Shown piece by piece: positions 48,271-58,552 of a stretch of DNA of 64,000 nt (position 1 is its first letter; the number at the start of each line of letters is the position of its first letter). The stretch lies in assembly GCA_963757525.1 (NCBI GenBank), contig CAVWRM010000001.1:3591862-3655861 (forward strand), written 5' to 3'. The stretch is from an uncultured Gemmatimonadales bacterium (GTDB taxonomy: Bacteria > Gemmatimonadota > Gemmatimonadetes > Gemmatimonadales > GWC2-71-9). The position numbers were made by a program, and so were the translations under genes. The notes beneath the pieces were generated by a model. The model saw only the letters and a program-made list of their open reading frames with translations. It searched no databases and was not told the origin of the DNA.

Positions 48271-48846
48271 TCAGCGCCCTACCGCCCGTTTGAGCTGCCC
48301 GAACGCTCGCTTCAGATCGGGCAGCTGGTGATTGGCGTTGAGGCCGCTCGGATTGGGCAACACCCAGACGATGGTCCCGCCGATCGTCTCAGCCTGGCGA
48401 CCGGCGATCGCGCGCGGGTCGTCGAACGCCAGCCGATAGGCGCCGATGCCGAGCACCGCAAGGGCGCGAGGATGCAAACGCCTGACCTTTCTCACCAGTC
48501 TCACGCGCCCGGCGCGCAGCTCGTGGGGGTCGAGCTCCGCCGCGGCCGCCGTGGCCCGCGCGACGAGGTTGGTGATGCCCAGTCGGTAATCCAGCAGCGA
48601 GCGTTCATCCCACGGACTGACGATCCGGTTCGTGAAGCCGGCGGCATGGAGCGCCGGCCAGAATCGATTTCCCGGCCGTGCGAAGTGATGGCGCGTGGCG
48701 CCGGAATAGAGGCCCGGATTGATCCCGCAGAACAGGACGTCGAGCCCCGGCGCGATGAGATCCGGCACGGTGCGTCCGGCGGCCTCGGCGATCTCGGCCC
48801 GTGTGGGACGACGTGGGGATGACGACGCTCGCTCTTCGCGATCCAT
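48271..48846 (-). CDS. mug: G/U mismatch-specific DNA glycosylase
   Basis: GINPG, HFARPGNRFW, LPNPSGLN. Confidence 0.92.
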   Translation of the reverse strand: MDREERASSSPRRPTRAEIAEAAGRTVPDLIAPGLDVLFCGINPGLYSGATRHHFARPGNRFWPALHAAGFTNRIVSPWDERSLLDYRLGITNLVARATAAAAELDPHELRAGRVRLVRKVRRLHPRALAVLGIGAYRLAFDDPRAIAGRQAETIGGTIVWVLPNPSGLNANHQLPDLKRAFGQLKRAVGR

Positions 48847-48852
48847 CCCCGG

Positions 48853-49119
48853 CTACGACGCTTCCCGCCGCCGCGACACTGCGACGAGCCCAAGGAGGGT
48901 GACCAGGACCAGCACCGGATAGATCAGCAGCAGATCCACCCGGATGTTGCACTCGCCGCTGCACAATACCCTCCAGCGCATGCCCAGCTCGTAGACCCCA
49001 TACGCCAGCCAGGCGACGCCGGCCAGCAGCACCATGCGATGCCGCGAGCGCCAGTAGAGAAACAGAAAGAGGATGCCGGGCACGGCCGCGAGCAGTGGCT
49101 GCTCGATGAACAGGCTCAT
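48853..49119 (-). CDS. small membrane protein
   Basis: three TMs; W..Y..YE, C..ECNIRVDLLLIYP. Confidence 0.75.
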   Translation of the reverse strand: MSLFIEQPLLAAVPGILFLFLYWRSRHRMVLLAGVAWLAYGVYELGMRWRVLCSGECNIRVDLLLIYPVLVLVTLLGLVAVSRRREAS

Positions 49120-49216
49120 TGGCGAGCGGTGAGTCGTGGACTCAAGCGAGCGACCTTGCGGGTGTACTCCTGGTACGGCGCCTGTGCGGGCGCGATGGAG
49201 ACGGATCGTCGAAACC

Positions 49217-49669
49217 TCAGGCCGAGATCAGTGACCGGCCTCGCCGTTCCAGGAAGGCGGCGATGTCCCGCACGCCGACCTGCCACTGCACGATTTGCCG
49301 GCCCTCGACGGACTGTTCCTGGCGCTGGCCGGCGTGAACCTCGGGGCTTTGGGGATCGAAGTGCCCGTTCAGATGGTCCCGCAGAAAGAGGCGCTCCTGC
49401 ACGAACACCCGGTCACCTTCGCGCCAGGCGGGCCAGCCCAGATGATAGGGCGCCTCCGGATGGAGCATATGCGTGAGGAAAACGGCGACAGGAGCTCCCT
49501 TGATCAGTCGCTGCGCCATGTCCAGCCAGTGCGCGGCATAGTCACCCGGAGCCCACTCGTACAGCGGAGCCTGGAACTCCTCTCGAAAATGGCCCAGGGT
49601 GAGCCGGCCCCAATTGAACAGCCCTTCCCCCTTCCCTTCGGGCCGGCCGATCAATTCGATATCGAACAT
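49217..49669 (-). CDS. hypothetical protein resembling CdiI-type immunity proteins
   Basis: G.LTLG.F.E.F..PL..W...DY...W, W..WREG..VFVQ. Confidence 0.5.
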   Translation of the reverse strand: MFDIELIGRPEGKGEGLFNWGRLTLGHFREEFQAPLYEWAPGDYAAHWLDMAQRLIKGAPVAVFLTHMLHPEAPYHLGWPAWREGDRVFVQERLFLRDHLNGHFDPQSPEVHAGQRQEQSVEGRQIVQWQVGVRDIAAFLERRGRSLISA

Positions 49670-49731
49670 CCTCGGAACACCTCGCGGTGGTTGTCACCGA
49701 CGGCGGATTACGGCATCCATTCAAGGAGAAA

Positions 49732-51474
49732 ATGACCGGTTCATCGGCGGCGCGCCACCTCGGCTGTATCACGCTGGCCGCCTGCTCCGCGCTCGCATCG
49801 TGGCCTCGGGCGGCCGCGCGCGCCCTGGCGGAGCCGGCCGCGGATTCTTCATTGCCCGATACGGCGGCCCTGAACCGGGACCTCCCGAGGATCCTGCGGG
49901 CCAGCGGGATCCCGGGACTGTCCATGGCGGTCGTGAAGAACGGCCGAGTAATTTGGACCGGCGCCTTCGGTACCACCCACGATCCCGCCCACCCACGGGT
50001 CGACGCCGCCACGATTTTCGAGGCGGCGTCGCTCAGCAAGCCAGTCTTCTCCTATCTGGTTCTGCGCCTCGCCGACCGGGGAGAGCTCGACTTGGACCGC
50101 CCGCTATCCGAGCTGCTCGACTATCCCCGGCTGGCCCGCGACGAGCGTGTCAAGGGGATAACGGCCCGCATGGTTCTTTCCCACGGCAGCGGACTGCCCA
50201 ACTGGGGCGGCGCAAGGCTTGGCCTGCGCTTCGACCCGGGGACCGGGTACGGCTACTCCGGCGAGGGCTTCATTTACCTGCAGAAGGCGCTGGAGCACAT
50301 GACCGGGCGGTCGCTCGACGATCTGGCGCTCGAGGAGGTCTTCCAGCCGCTCGGCATGACGCGCTCGAGCTTCACCTGGCGGGATCGCTTCGCCGGCGAC
50401 GCCGCGTACGGCAAGGACTGGCTCTGGCGTATCACGCCGATCGATCACTACACCGAGGCGGAGGCCGGATCGGCCTACTCGTTGCTGACGACGGCGGGCG
50501 ACTACGCGCGGTTTGTCTCGGCGGTACTGACCGGTCAGGGATTGTCTCCCGAAATGTGGCAGACCTTCGTCACGCCCGTTCGGGAAACAACCCCGGGCAT
50601 GTTCATGGCGCTCGGTATCCGGGTCGAGCAGGGGCCCCGCGGCCGCACGTTCTATCACAGCGGCAACAACGGGCGACGGTTCACCTGCTACATGACGGGA
50701 GACCTCGCCACCCGCGACGGATTCGTCTACTTCACCAATGGCCCCAATGGGACGTCGCTCGTGGAGGCGTTGGCCTCGCGGGTGTTCGGCCGCCGATATC
50801 CGGCGCGCCATCTCGGGGATTTCAATCGATTCGACGACCCGCGCATCCTCGCGCTGGAGTCGGTAAAGCGGGCGGCGCTCGACAGCGGTGCCGATGCCGC
50901 GCGTCGCCGGCTGCGGGCGGTCTCCGCGAAGACGGCCACCCGCCCGGATCTCGACGGCACGATGGAGCTCGGTGAATTCCTCGCCGGGCGGGGCTTCGCT
51001 GCGCTTGCCATCGAGATCCTCCAACAGGCGGTGGCTGCCGCGCCGGAGTCGGTCAGCGCCAACCTGGCGCTGGGCCGGGGGTTCGAGTCGGCCGGCGACC
51101 TCGACCAGGCCATGGCGTCGTATCGGCAGGCTCGGACGTTGGAGGGAGACGGCGGCGAGGCCGAGCAGCACATGCGGTGGACGGAAGAGCGGCTCGCCTC
51201 GCGGGGCCACTTGGTGACGATTCCCGAGCATGCGCTGGAGCGCCTGGCCGGTCGCTATCAGGATCGCAGCGTCACCGTACGTGACGGCCGTCTCTGGTAC
51301 GAGGGGGGCCCCACCTCGGCGTCGTGGCTCACGCCGATGTCGGATACGCTGTTCGAAGTCCAGGCCGAGCCTGCCACCAGGCTCCACTTCGCCGGCGGTG
51401 GACCGGAGCCACCCGTGAAGCTGGTCGGGATCTACCGCGACGGGACGATGGACGAGTGGCCGAGGTCGCCCTGA
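49732..51474 (+). CDS. secreted serine hydrolase (beta-lactamase-like) with TPR
   Basis: AAGGAG SD; SLSK, YSG, HSG; TPR-like segment. Confidence 0.88.
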   Translation: MTGSSAARHLGCITLAACSALASWPRAAARALAEPAADSSLPDTAALNRDLPRILRASGIPGLSMAVVKNGRVIWTGAFGTTHDPAHPRVDAATIFEAASLSKPVFSYLVLRLADRGELDLDRPLSELLDYPRLARDERVKGITARMVLSHGSGLPNWGGARLGLRFDPGTGYGYSGEGFIYLQKALEHMTGRSLDDLALEEVFQPLGMTRSSFTWRDRFAGDAAYGKDWLWRITPIDHYTEAEAGSAYSLLTTAGDYARFVSAVLTGQGLSPEMWQTFVTPVRETTPGMFMALGIRVEQGPRGRTFYHSGNNGRRFTCYMTGDLATRDGFVYFTNGPNGTSLVEALASRVFGRRYPARHLGDFNRFDDPRILALESVKRAALDSGADAARRRLRAVSAKTATRPDLDGTMELGEFLAGRGFAALAIEILQQAVAAAPESVSANLALGRGFESAGDLDQAMASYRQARTLEGDGGEAEQHMRWTEERLASRGHLVTIPEHALERLAGRYQDRSVTVRDGRLWYEGGPTSASWLTPMSDTLFEVQAEPATRLHFAGGGPEPPVKLVGIYRDGTMDEWPRSP

Positions 51475-51485
51475 AGCGGCATCGC

Positions 51486-52523
51486 TCAGGGCTTGAGCAC
51501 CGTCCATTCGATCTCGTTGAGCAGATTGCCCACGGCCTCCGCCGATCCGGTGGTGTAGGCGAAGCAGCCCCGGCCCCCCTCGGCGCTCACGCCGTCCAGC
51601 CGACCAACGGTCTCGCGCACCCAGTCGTCCTCGGTGAACGATCGGCGCAGGCAGAACCGTACCCGGTAGGGCTTCGCCATCTCGAGGGGGCGAAGCTCGC
51701 CCGCCTGCACCCGCCGCACGGCTCGCGCGGCCGCCTGCCGCAGCATCCGGTGAACGGTCGCGGGCGGAAGCACCGCCGCGGCGGAACGCGAGAAGGCGGT
51801 CTTCACCGTCACCGTCTCCAGCGGACCGAGCATGTCCCGGGTCTCGGCCGTGAGGACGTCGTCGCCGCTGGCGAGCGCCATCGGCACCCCCATCTCCCCG
51901 CCGATGAATCCCGCGATGCCGGCCTCGTTGAGCGCCTTGCCGTTCACGGTGAAGGAGTCGAACGCGAAGTTGTGGGAAATAACCGACGGAGTGCCCGCGT
52001 TCGCGTGCGCGCCCACGATCATCATCGCGTCCACCATCGGGTTCAGGCCGGTGGACATGACGATCGGCTTGGGATAGCCGCGGATCAGGATCGCCTCGGG
52101 ATCGAGCTCGTCCACCAGGATGTTACGGAACAGCGTCCCGCCATGCCCCTCGTTGACGATGAACTGGGTCGCTCCCGCTGCACGCGCGCCGGCGATGAGG
52201 GCGTTCACCTCTTCGGTCAGCTCGTGGCGAAACACCTCATGTTGAGGTGATCCACCCCGGCTGACCGGGCGCATCTCGGTCTGGTTGCGGACCACGCCGG
52301 CCAGACCCTCCATGTCGGCGATGATGTAGACGCTGAACCCGCGTCGCTGCATGTCCAGCTCCAGCTTCCGGCGGGCAAGCTGGTATTCCGTTACCCCGAA
52401 GACGGCGGCTGGTGGGGTGGTGTCGCGCGGCATCGTGTCGCGAGCCGTCTGCGCCTGCATCTGGCCCTGTGCCCACGCGGTCCCCGGGATGGCCATGGCG
52501 GCGGCGAGCAGGAGGCGTGTCAT
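51486..52523 (-). CDS. secreted M55 (DppA-like) D-aminopeptidase
   Basis: DMEG, EVNA.I.GA, EGHG, GAHA, SHN, SGDD; signal peptide. Confidence 0.88.
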   Translation of the reverse strand: MTRLLLAAAMAIPGTAWAQGQMQAQTARDTMPRDTTPPAAVFGVTEYQLARRKLELDMQRRGFSVYIIADMEGLAGVVRNQTEMRPVSRGGSPQHEVFRHELTEEVNALIAGARAAGATQFIVNEGHGGTLFRNILVDELDPEAILIRGYPKPIVMSTGLNPMVDAMMIVGAHANAGTPSVISHNFAFDSFTVNGKALNEAGIAGFIGGEMGVPMALASGDDVLTAETRDMLGPLETVTVKTAFSRSAAAVLPPATVHRMLRQAAARAVRRVQAGELRPLEMAKPYRVRFCLRRSFTEDDWVRETVGRLDGVSAEGGRGCFAYTTGSAEAVGNLLNEIEWTVLKP

Positions 52524-53500
52524 CGGAGCACCGTCTCTTCGATCGCGTCGAGCAGCCAGCCCATCTGCCTGGCGCTGTCGGTCGTGTAGCGGAAGGCGCG
52601 GTTGCCGGTCTTCTCCAGTGTGAACTCGGTGAGGCCGGCGACCGCCGTCACCACGCTGTCGGGAAAGCTGCGCCGGAGGGTGAACTCGACCGTGTACGGC
52701 CGGTCCATCGTGAAGGGCTTGAAGTCTCCCCGCCGCTCTCGCCGGACCGCCTCGGCCGCGCCGTTCTGCAGCATGCTCCGCACTTTGGCCGGGCTATACG
52801 TGATCGCCGCACTCCGCCCCACGGCCCGTTTGGTCACGATGGCGACGAACCCGTTCGGGACCATCTTCCTGGTCTCCTCGATCAGGACGTCGTCCCCGCT
52901 CACCAGCGACACCGAGACCCCCATCTCGCCGGCGATCAGGGCGTTGATGCCGACCTCGTTGAGCGGCTTGCCGTTCACCGTGAACGAATCAAACGCGAAG
53001 TTGTGGGACAGCACGCCCGGGCTCCCGGCATTGGCGTGGGCTCCCGTGAACATCAGGGTTCCGAAACTGCTGTCGATGCCCGTCACCATTACGAGCGGCT
53101 TGGGGAACCCTCGCACCAGAATCGCCGAGCTGTCGAGCTCGTCGGGCAGCACGTTGGCGAACAGGTTGCCGCCGTGGCCCTCGTTCACGACGAAGCTCCG
53201 GGCCCCCGCCAGCCGGGCTCCCCGGATGGTGGCGTTTACTTCCTTGGTGAGCAGCAGGCGGAAGCGGTCCCAGTAGTCGGGCCCGGTGAGGTCCTTGTAG
53301 CGTGGTGCCTCGTTACCCGCGATGACCTCGTGGATGTCCACCACGCTCCCCATGCCCTCCATGTCGGGCACGATGAAGACGCGGAACCCCGACTCGTGCG
53401 GGATCTGCTTGTCGCGGAATGGCGCCGACGAGGGGGGCGGCGTCTGGGCACGGAGCGTCGTCGCGAGGCAGAGCATCGCGGACACGAGGAACGATCGCAT
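52520..53500 (-). CDS. secreted M55 (DppA-like) D-aminopeptidase paralogue
   Basis: same motifs; ATGA overlap with paralogue; signal peptide. Confidence 0.88.
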   Translation of the reverse strand: MRSFLVSAMLCLATTLRAQTPPPSSAPFRDKQIPHESGFRVFIVPDMEGMGSVVDIHEVIAGNEAPRYKDLTGPDYWDRFRLLLTKEVNATIRGARLAGARSFVVNEGHGGNLFANVLPDELDSSAILVRGFPKPLVMVTGIDSSFGTLMFTGAHANAGSPGVLSHNFAFDSFTVNGKPLNEVGINALIAGEMGVSVSLVSGDDVLIEETRKMVPNGFVAIVTKRAVGRSAAITYSPAKVRSMLQNGAAEAVRRERRGDFKPFTMDRPYTVEFTLRRSFPDSVVTAVAGLTEFTLEKTGNRAFRYTTDSARQMGWLLDAIEETVLR

Positions 53501-53524
53501 CGGGTCTCCCAGGGGTTGACGGTC

Positions 53525-54967
53525 TTACACGGCGTTGAGCACGAGCAGCCGGAGCTCGGTCATGTCCTCGATGGCGTACCGCACGCCTTCGCGGCCCCGG
53601 CCCGACGCCTTGACGCCGCCGTACGGTGCGTGATCGACGCGGTAGCCGGGCACGTCATTGACCACGACGCCAGCCACGTCGAGTCGCTCGAAGGCATGGA
53701 GAATGCGGCGCATGTCGTTGGTGAAGAGACCGGTCTGGAGCCCATAGGGCGAGTCGTTCACCACGGCGATCGCTTCGTCGAAGTCGCCATAGACCCGCAC
53801 CGTGGTAACCGGGGCGAAGATCTCTTCGCAATTGACCCGCATGTCGGACGCCGTATCGAGCAGGACGGCGGGCTCGATGACGGCCCCCTCGCGTCGTCCA
53901 CCCACCGCGATCCTTGCGCCGGCCGCGACCGCTTCCGCAATCCACTGCGAGGCCCGCTCGGCGCTCGCCCGGTCGATCATCGGCCCCACGTCGGTGTCCT
54001 CGGCCATCGGATTACCGGTGCGGAGCGCGCCGACCGCGGCCACGAAGCGCTCGACGAACCGGCGGTACAGCGATTCGTGTACGAGGATCCGCTGGGTGGA
54101 GATGCACGACTGCCCGGCGTAGAGATAGCCGCCGGCCACGCAGCGCCGGACGGCGTGGTCGAGGTCGGCGTCCGGCTCGATCACCACCGCCGCGTTGCCG
54201 CCGAGCTCGAGCGTCACCCGCTTGGTGAACGCGCGGCGGCGGATCTCCCAGCCTGCCCGGGCCGAGCCCGTGAAGGTGATCATCCTCACTCTGGGATCGT
54301 CGATCAGGGGGGCCGCATGGTCGTTGGTGCAGAGCAGAATCGAGAGGGCACCGGACGGATAGCCGCTTTCCCGGACGATGTCCGCGAGCAGCAAAGTCGA
54401 CAGCGGGTCCTGTGGCGGTGGTTTGAGCACCATGGTGGCGCCACAGGCCATCGCGGGGGCCAGCTTGTGGGCGGCCAGCAGCACCGGAAAGTTGAATGGG
54501 ATGATCGCCGAGATGGGCGACAGCGGAAAGCGGCGGGTGAGACCCCACCGCCCCTCACCATGCGGCTGCAGGTCCATCGGGATCACCTCACCGCCCTGCC
54601 GGGTGGCCTCCTGCGCTCCGTGGCGGAAGACGAAGATCGCGCGATCGATCTCCGTGCGCGCGAGGGCAAGCGGCTTCCCCGCTTCGGCGGCCAGGAGTCG
54701 GGCCATCTCCTCGCGGCGGTCGGTGATGCCGGCGGCGACCCGGTCGATCGCCGCGGCGCGTGCGTGCGACGGCAGCGCGGCCGCGACGGGGGCAGCGGCT
54801 ACGGCGGCATCGAGCGCGGCGGCGACATCATTGGGGCCGGCCAGGCTGGCGCGCCCGACAGGGTCGCCGGAGTATGGGCTCCGGATCTCGACCGAATCGG
54901 CACCGTGGCGGGATTCGCCGGCGAGGAGAAACGGATATGTGCGGAGGGATTGTTCGGTGACAGTCAT
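53525..54967 (-). CDS. aldehyde dehydrogenase
   Basis: PFNFP, FTGS, LELGGN, GQSCIS, EEIFAP, PYGGVK.SG. Confidence 0.95.
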   Translation of the reverse strand: MTVTEQSLRTYPFLLAGESRHGADSVEIRSPYSGDPVGRASLAGPNDVAAALDAAVAAAPVAAALPSHARAAAIDRVAAGITDRREEMARLLAAEAGKPLALARTEIDRAIFVFRHGAQEATRQGGEVIPMDLQPHGEGRWGLTRRFPLSPISAIIPFNFPVLLAAHKLAPAMACGATMVLKPPPQDPLSTLLLADIVRESGYPSGALSILLCTNDHAAPLIDDPRVRMITFTGSARAGWEIRRRAFTKRVTLELGGNAAVVIEPDADLDHAVRRCVAGGYLYAGQSCISTQRILVHESLYRRFVERFVAAVGALRTGNPMAEDTDVGPMIDRASAERASQWIAEAVAAGARIAVGGRREGAVIEPAVLLDTASDMRVNCEEIFAPVTTVRVYGDFDEAIAVVNDSPYGLQTGLFTNDMRRILHAFERLDVAGVVVNDVPGYRVDHAPYGGVKASGRGREGVRYAIEDMTELRLLVLNAV

Positions 54968-55084
54968 GGCCCGGAAAACATGCCTCGGGACGGGCGCGGG
55001 CGGAAGGCACGATACGCGTTTGCGATACACATGAGTCGGCGCGCTCGTTCGGGAGTCGGCCGTCCCCTCGGGAGAGACCTCCCC

Positions 55085-56536
55085 ATGACCCGGAACACGG
55101 TCACGACAGTATCGGTGGCGGCTCTGCTGCTCGCTGCCGCCTGCAGCGATGGGCAGGCAGGCAGTGGCAGGGTACCCTCCGAGATCCGGCTGCTCACACC
55201 CTTTACCCAATCCGGAACCCCCGGCTGGCCCTTGCGCGATTCCGTCGTCGTGGAGGTGCTTGACGCGGAGGGCGACGCGGTGCCGGGGGTACCCGTGACG
55301 TGGACGGCCGCAAACGGGGCGGACGTCATCGGACGCCCCGCCGATACCACGAACCTGTCCGGGCGGGCCGCCGCTGAGTGGACCCTCGGCCGCACCGAGG
55401 GGCAGCAAACGCTCTCCGTCAGGGCCGGCGCCCTGGCCCCCGTCACGGTCTCGGCCACCGCGACGATCTTCCATGCTTCCATCGTCAGCACCGGGAACGC
55501 GTTCGCATGCGCACTGGCCGCTGGGGAGACGTTCTGCTGGGGTACGAACTTCGCCGGCCAGCTCGGCTCCGGCGCTCTGGGAGACTCGGCACGGGCGCCG
55601 GTACCGGTCGCCGGCTCGGCCACGTTCGCGTCGCTGAGCGTTGGCGGCGCACACGTGTGCGGGCTCACGGCGGACGGCATCGCATACTGCTGGGGATCCA
55701 ACGCGAGCGGTGAGACTGGAACGGGAGCGGTCAGTCAGTCCGTTCCTGTTCCGACGCCGGTACAGACGACACTGCGCTTCACCCAGATCTCGGCCGAAGG
55801 TGTAGGACCCTTCGCCAACTCGACCTGCGGGCTTTCGAACGCGGGCGAGGTCTGGTGCTGGGGCGACAACAGTTTCGCCAAGCTCGGCGACGGCACGACC
55901 ACAAGCTCGGCTGTGCCGGTTCGGGTTCAGAGCAACTTGACGTTCTCTGCCGTTCATACCGGCTTCTTCCACTCCTGCGCGATGTCGACGGCCGGGGAGC
56001 TATGGTGCTGGGGCGAGCAGGAGACCGACACCGGGGCCTTCGGCGAGCGCCCCGCCGGGCTGTACGCCACGCCGATACCCGTTCAGGAGAGTTTCCGCTT
56101 CGTGGAGATCTCGGCCGGGAGGAATTACACGTGCGGGCTCACCGGAGACCACGCGGCCTTCTGCTGGGGTGCCGATTGGTTCGGTAGCCTCGGGAATGGC
56201 GCCTCCGAGACGCTCATCCCGCTACCCGTGATCGGCGGACATTCCTTCGCAACGATCAGGGCGCCGAGCTTCGAGGAGAATCACGCTCTCACGACGGACG
56301 GGGAGCTGTATCGGTGGGGATCGCCCGGAGGCGACGTGGTGCAAAGCTCACCCGTCGCCGTCACCGACCTTCGCTTCCTCCAGGTGGACAGCGGTGAAGA
56401 TCCGTTCGGAGGCGGAAATGCCGCGTGCGGGATCGCCGAGGGTCAGACGGTCTACTGTGCACGCGACGACGGCCTGGTCCGTGGGGTGCGCCTCCGGAGA
56501 GCCCATGAACTGTCAGCCTGGGTCTGGTCGCAGTAG
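55085..56536 (+). CDS. lipoprotein with Ig-like domain and RCC1/BLIP-II repeats
   Basis: LAAAC; repeated H.CGL...G..YCWG.N..G.LG. Confidence 0.88.
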   Translation: MTRNTVTTVSVAALLLAAACSDGQAGSGRVPSEIRLLTPFTQSGTPGWPLRDSVVVEVLDAEGDAVPGVPVTWTAANGADVIGRPADTTNLSGRAAAEWTLGRTEGQQTLSVRAGALAPVTVSATATIFHASIVSTGNAFACALAAGETFCWGTNFAGQLGSGALGDSARAPVPVAGSATFASLSVGGAHVCGLTADGIAYCWGSNASGETGTGAVSQSVPVPTPVQTTLRFTQISAEGVGPFANSTCGLSNAGEVWCWGDNSFAKLGDGTTTSSAVPVRVQSNLTFSAVHTGFFHSCAMSTAGELWCWGEQETDTGAFGERPAGLYATPIPVQESFRFVEISAGRNYTCGLTGDHAAFCWGADWFGSLGNGASETLIPLPVIGGHSFATIRAPSFEENHALTTDGELYRWGSPGGDVVQSSPVAVTDLRFLQVDSGEDPFGGGNAACGIAEGQTVYCARDDGLVRGVRLRRAHELSAWVWSQ

Positions 56537-56742
56537 ACGCCCCCTATGCGCGGACGGACGGGGTCGACATCGTCGACCTCATCCCTCCAGGCAGTTACAT
56601 AGTCACGTGGGGAGAGGTCACCGTGGGAGGCACGACGTATCTTCCCGACCCCGCGACCGCACCCGCGACGATGGATCCCAGGCTCGAGCCATACGAATTC
56701 GTGGTCGTGTACTCCGCCGGGCCCTGAGCGTGGGCGTCCTGT

Positions 56743-57066
56743 TCAGTGCTCGGGTCCGACCCGGCGGGACTCCTGGACCTGTGCCAGTACCCGCTCCGTG
56801 AAGTCCAGGCGCTCCTGCACCTCGGCCAGCTCCTCCCGCAGCTTGCCCACTTCGAGCTCGAGCGCTTCGATCGGTGGCTGGAGCTCGCCCGAAGGCGCCG
56901 TCGTCTGCCGCAGGCGCTGGGCCCAGACTCCGAAGGCCACCGCCAGCGCCGCGTGGATCGCCGCGTGCCACGGCTCGCCGGGTTGCACGGCGAATCCGAC
57001 CGCCACCAGGTTCAGGGCGCTGAGGCCCACGGCGATCGGGTACCAGATCTTCGGCTTGAAGGTCAT
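56743..57066 (-). CDS. two-TM + coiled-coil protein (ERLDFTER.L motif)
   Basis: two TMs; VQERLDFTERVLAQ. Confidence 0.8.
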   Translation of the reverse strand: MTFKPKIWYPIAVGLSALNLVAVGFAVQPGEPWHAAIHAALAVAFGVWAQRLRQTTAPSGELQPPIEALELEVGKLREELAEVQERLDFTERVLAQVQESRRVGPEH

Positions 57067-57255
57067 ATCGCGTCCAATCGGCCCACTGGTGGATCGTTGA
57101 CGGCGACCGCACAGTCCCTCCGAAGCTACAGCTTTACGAAGCTACCCGCGGTTGGTGCCACCGAACTCGCAGCGAGTCGTAGCCTCTCAGCGTCACGGGA
57201 ACGCCGAGAAACAGAACTGACGTCCGGAGAAGGGGTCACCGAATGGTGAAACGGG

Positions 57256-58548
57256 TCACTCCACGAAGTTGGCACATCCCGACTCGTCCGCAATCACCGC
57301 CAGCCCGCCGGAGAGGCCGAAGGCAATGCGACGCGGCATCGCGCCGCAGCTCGTGATCGTCTGCGAGACCGTGCGGGTAGCCACATCGATGATCTGGATC
57401 TCTCCCGGCCCATCGGCGGTGGTGACGCCGGCGTACACGGCGGTGCCATCGGGTGACAAGGCCAGCGCGAACGGCCCACCGATGGTCGAGGTCGCGCCCG
57501 AGGGGATCGAGGTGACCAGCGTGTCTCCCACCACATCGTAGACGTCGACCTCTCCGTTGCCGCCCTCGTTCGCCACGAAGAGCTCGGTGCCGTCGGGCGA
57601 TATGACGATGCCCTGCGGCTGTCCGCCCACGAAGAAGGTGCGGGCAACGGACCCCGTGGCCACGTCCACCTCGGAAACCGTGCCGGTCGTGAAGGAGCTC
57701 GCGTAAAGCAGCGTACCGCCCGCGTCGAGAGCGAGATGATTCACGCGGCTCAGCTCGACGTCGAGATCGATGGATCCCGTTACCTGGGAGGAGGCGGCGT
57801 CGAACACGAGGATCCGCCCATCGTTGGTTCCCAGATACACGGTGTGACTGTCCGGTGCCGTCACGGCGGAGAACGCGCGCACATGCAGCGGGACCCGGCT
57901 CAGGACCCGGTCGGAAGACAGCTCGATGACACTCGCGTCGCTGTTGTCGGGGCCGGTAGGTGTCACGAGCGCGGCACCTCCGGCGAGGAGCGCGATGGAG
58001 GTGGGGCTGCCGCCGAGGTCCCGGGTGGCAAAGCCGGTGACCGGATACAGGTCGGAGGCCACCCGGCCACTGTTGGTTTGCGAGATGAATACCCGACCAT
58101 CGCCGTCCACCGCGGCGCCGAATGGCCCATCGCCCTGGCCGTCGCCGGGCAAGCGCTTGAAGGTGACCGCCGCGGCCAGCGGGTGGCCTGCCCGGAGCCC
58201 GGCATAGACGACGACGGCCAGCAAGCCTTCGCTCGTAGCCCTGATCTCCGCTTCGCCGACTCCGACGTAGCTCACCAGGCCGTCGGGCGTGACGGAGGCG
58301 ACCCCCGGGTCGGTGGAGACGAACTCGATGTCGGCGTCGGAGATGGGTGCGCCGGTTTCGTCCACGACATTCGCCGACAGCCGGCGCGACATCCCCACTC
58401 CAAGGACGAGACGGGATGGCGTGACGACAAGGGAATGTGCGGGGTTGGACGACATCGGCTCGTCGGAGCCGCAGGCCGTGGCCAGCGCCCAAAGGAGCGC
58501 GACCAGGGGTCCCTGAAATCGACGAGGTACGCGGATGCTCGTTTCCAT
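57256..58548 (-). CDS. lipoprotein with Big_2 domain and YncE/YVTN-like beta-propeller
   Basis: ATAC lipobox; STDPGVASV; P.GI.ISPDG..L.VAN repeats. Confidence 0.85.
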   Translation of the reverse strand: METSIRVPRRFQGPLVALLWALATACGSDEPMSSNPAHSLVVTPSRLVLGVGMSRRLSANVVDETGAPISDADIEFVSTDPGVASVTPDGLVSYVGVGEAEIRATSEGLLAVVVYAGLRAGHPLAAAVTFKRLPGDGQGDGPFGAAVDGDGRVFISQTNSGRVASDLYPVTGFATRDLGGSPTSIALLAGGAALVTPTGPDNSDASVIELSSDRVLSRVPLHVRAFSAVTAPDSHTVYLGTNDGRILVFDAASSQVTGSIDLDVELSRVNHLALDAGGTLLYASSFTTGTVSEVDVATGSVARTFFVGGQPQGIVISPDGTELFVANEGGNGEVDVYDVVGDTLVTSIPSGATSTIGGPFALALSPDGTAVYAGVTTADGPGEIQIIDVATRTVSQTITSCGAMPRRIAFGLSGGLAVIADESGCANFVE

Positions 58549-58552
58549 CGCT

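Noticed and set aside
52412-55084. 1374-aa plus-strand ORF as one giant protein
   Set aside because: The N-terminal ~890 aa is the antisense shadow of the M55 and aldehyde dehydrogenase genes; the real gene starts at 55085
54968-55972. 815-aa aldehyde dehydrogenase fusion
   Set aside because: The extension is antisense to the RCC1 lipoprotein gene
57120-57146. GAAGCTAC direct repeat upstream of the 56743-57066 gene
   Set aside because: Only two short copies with no other support; may be chance
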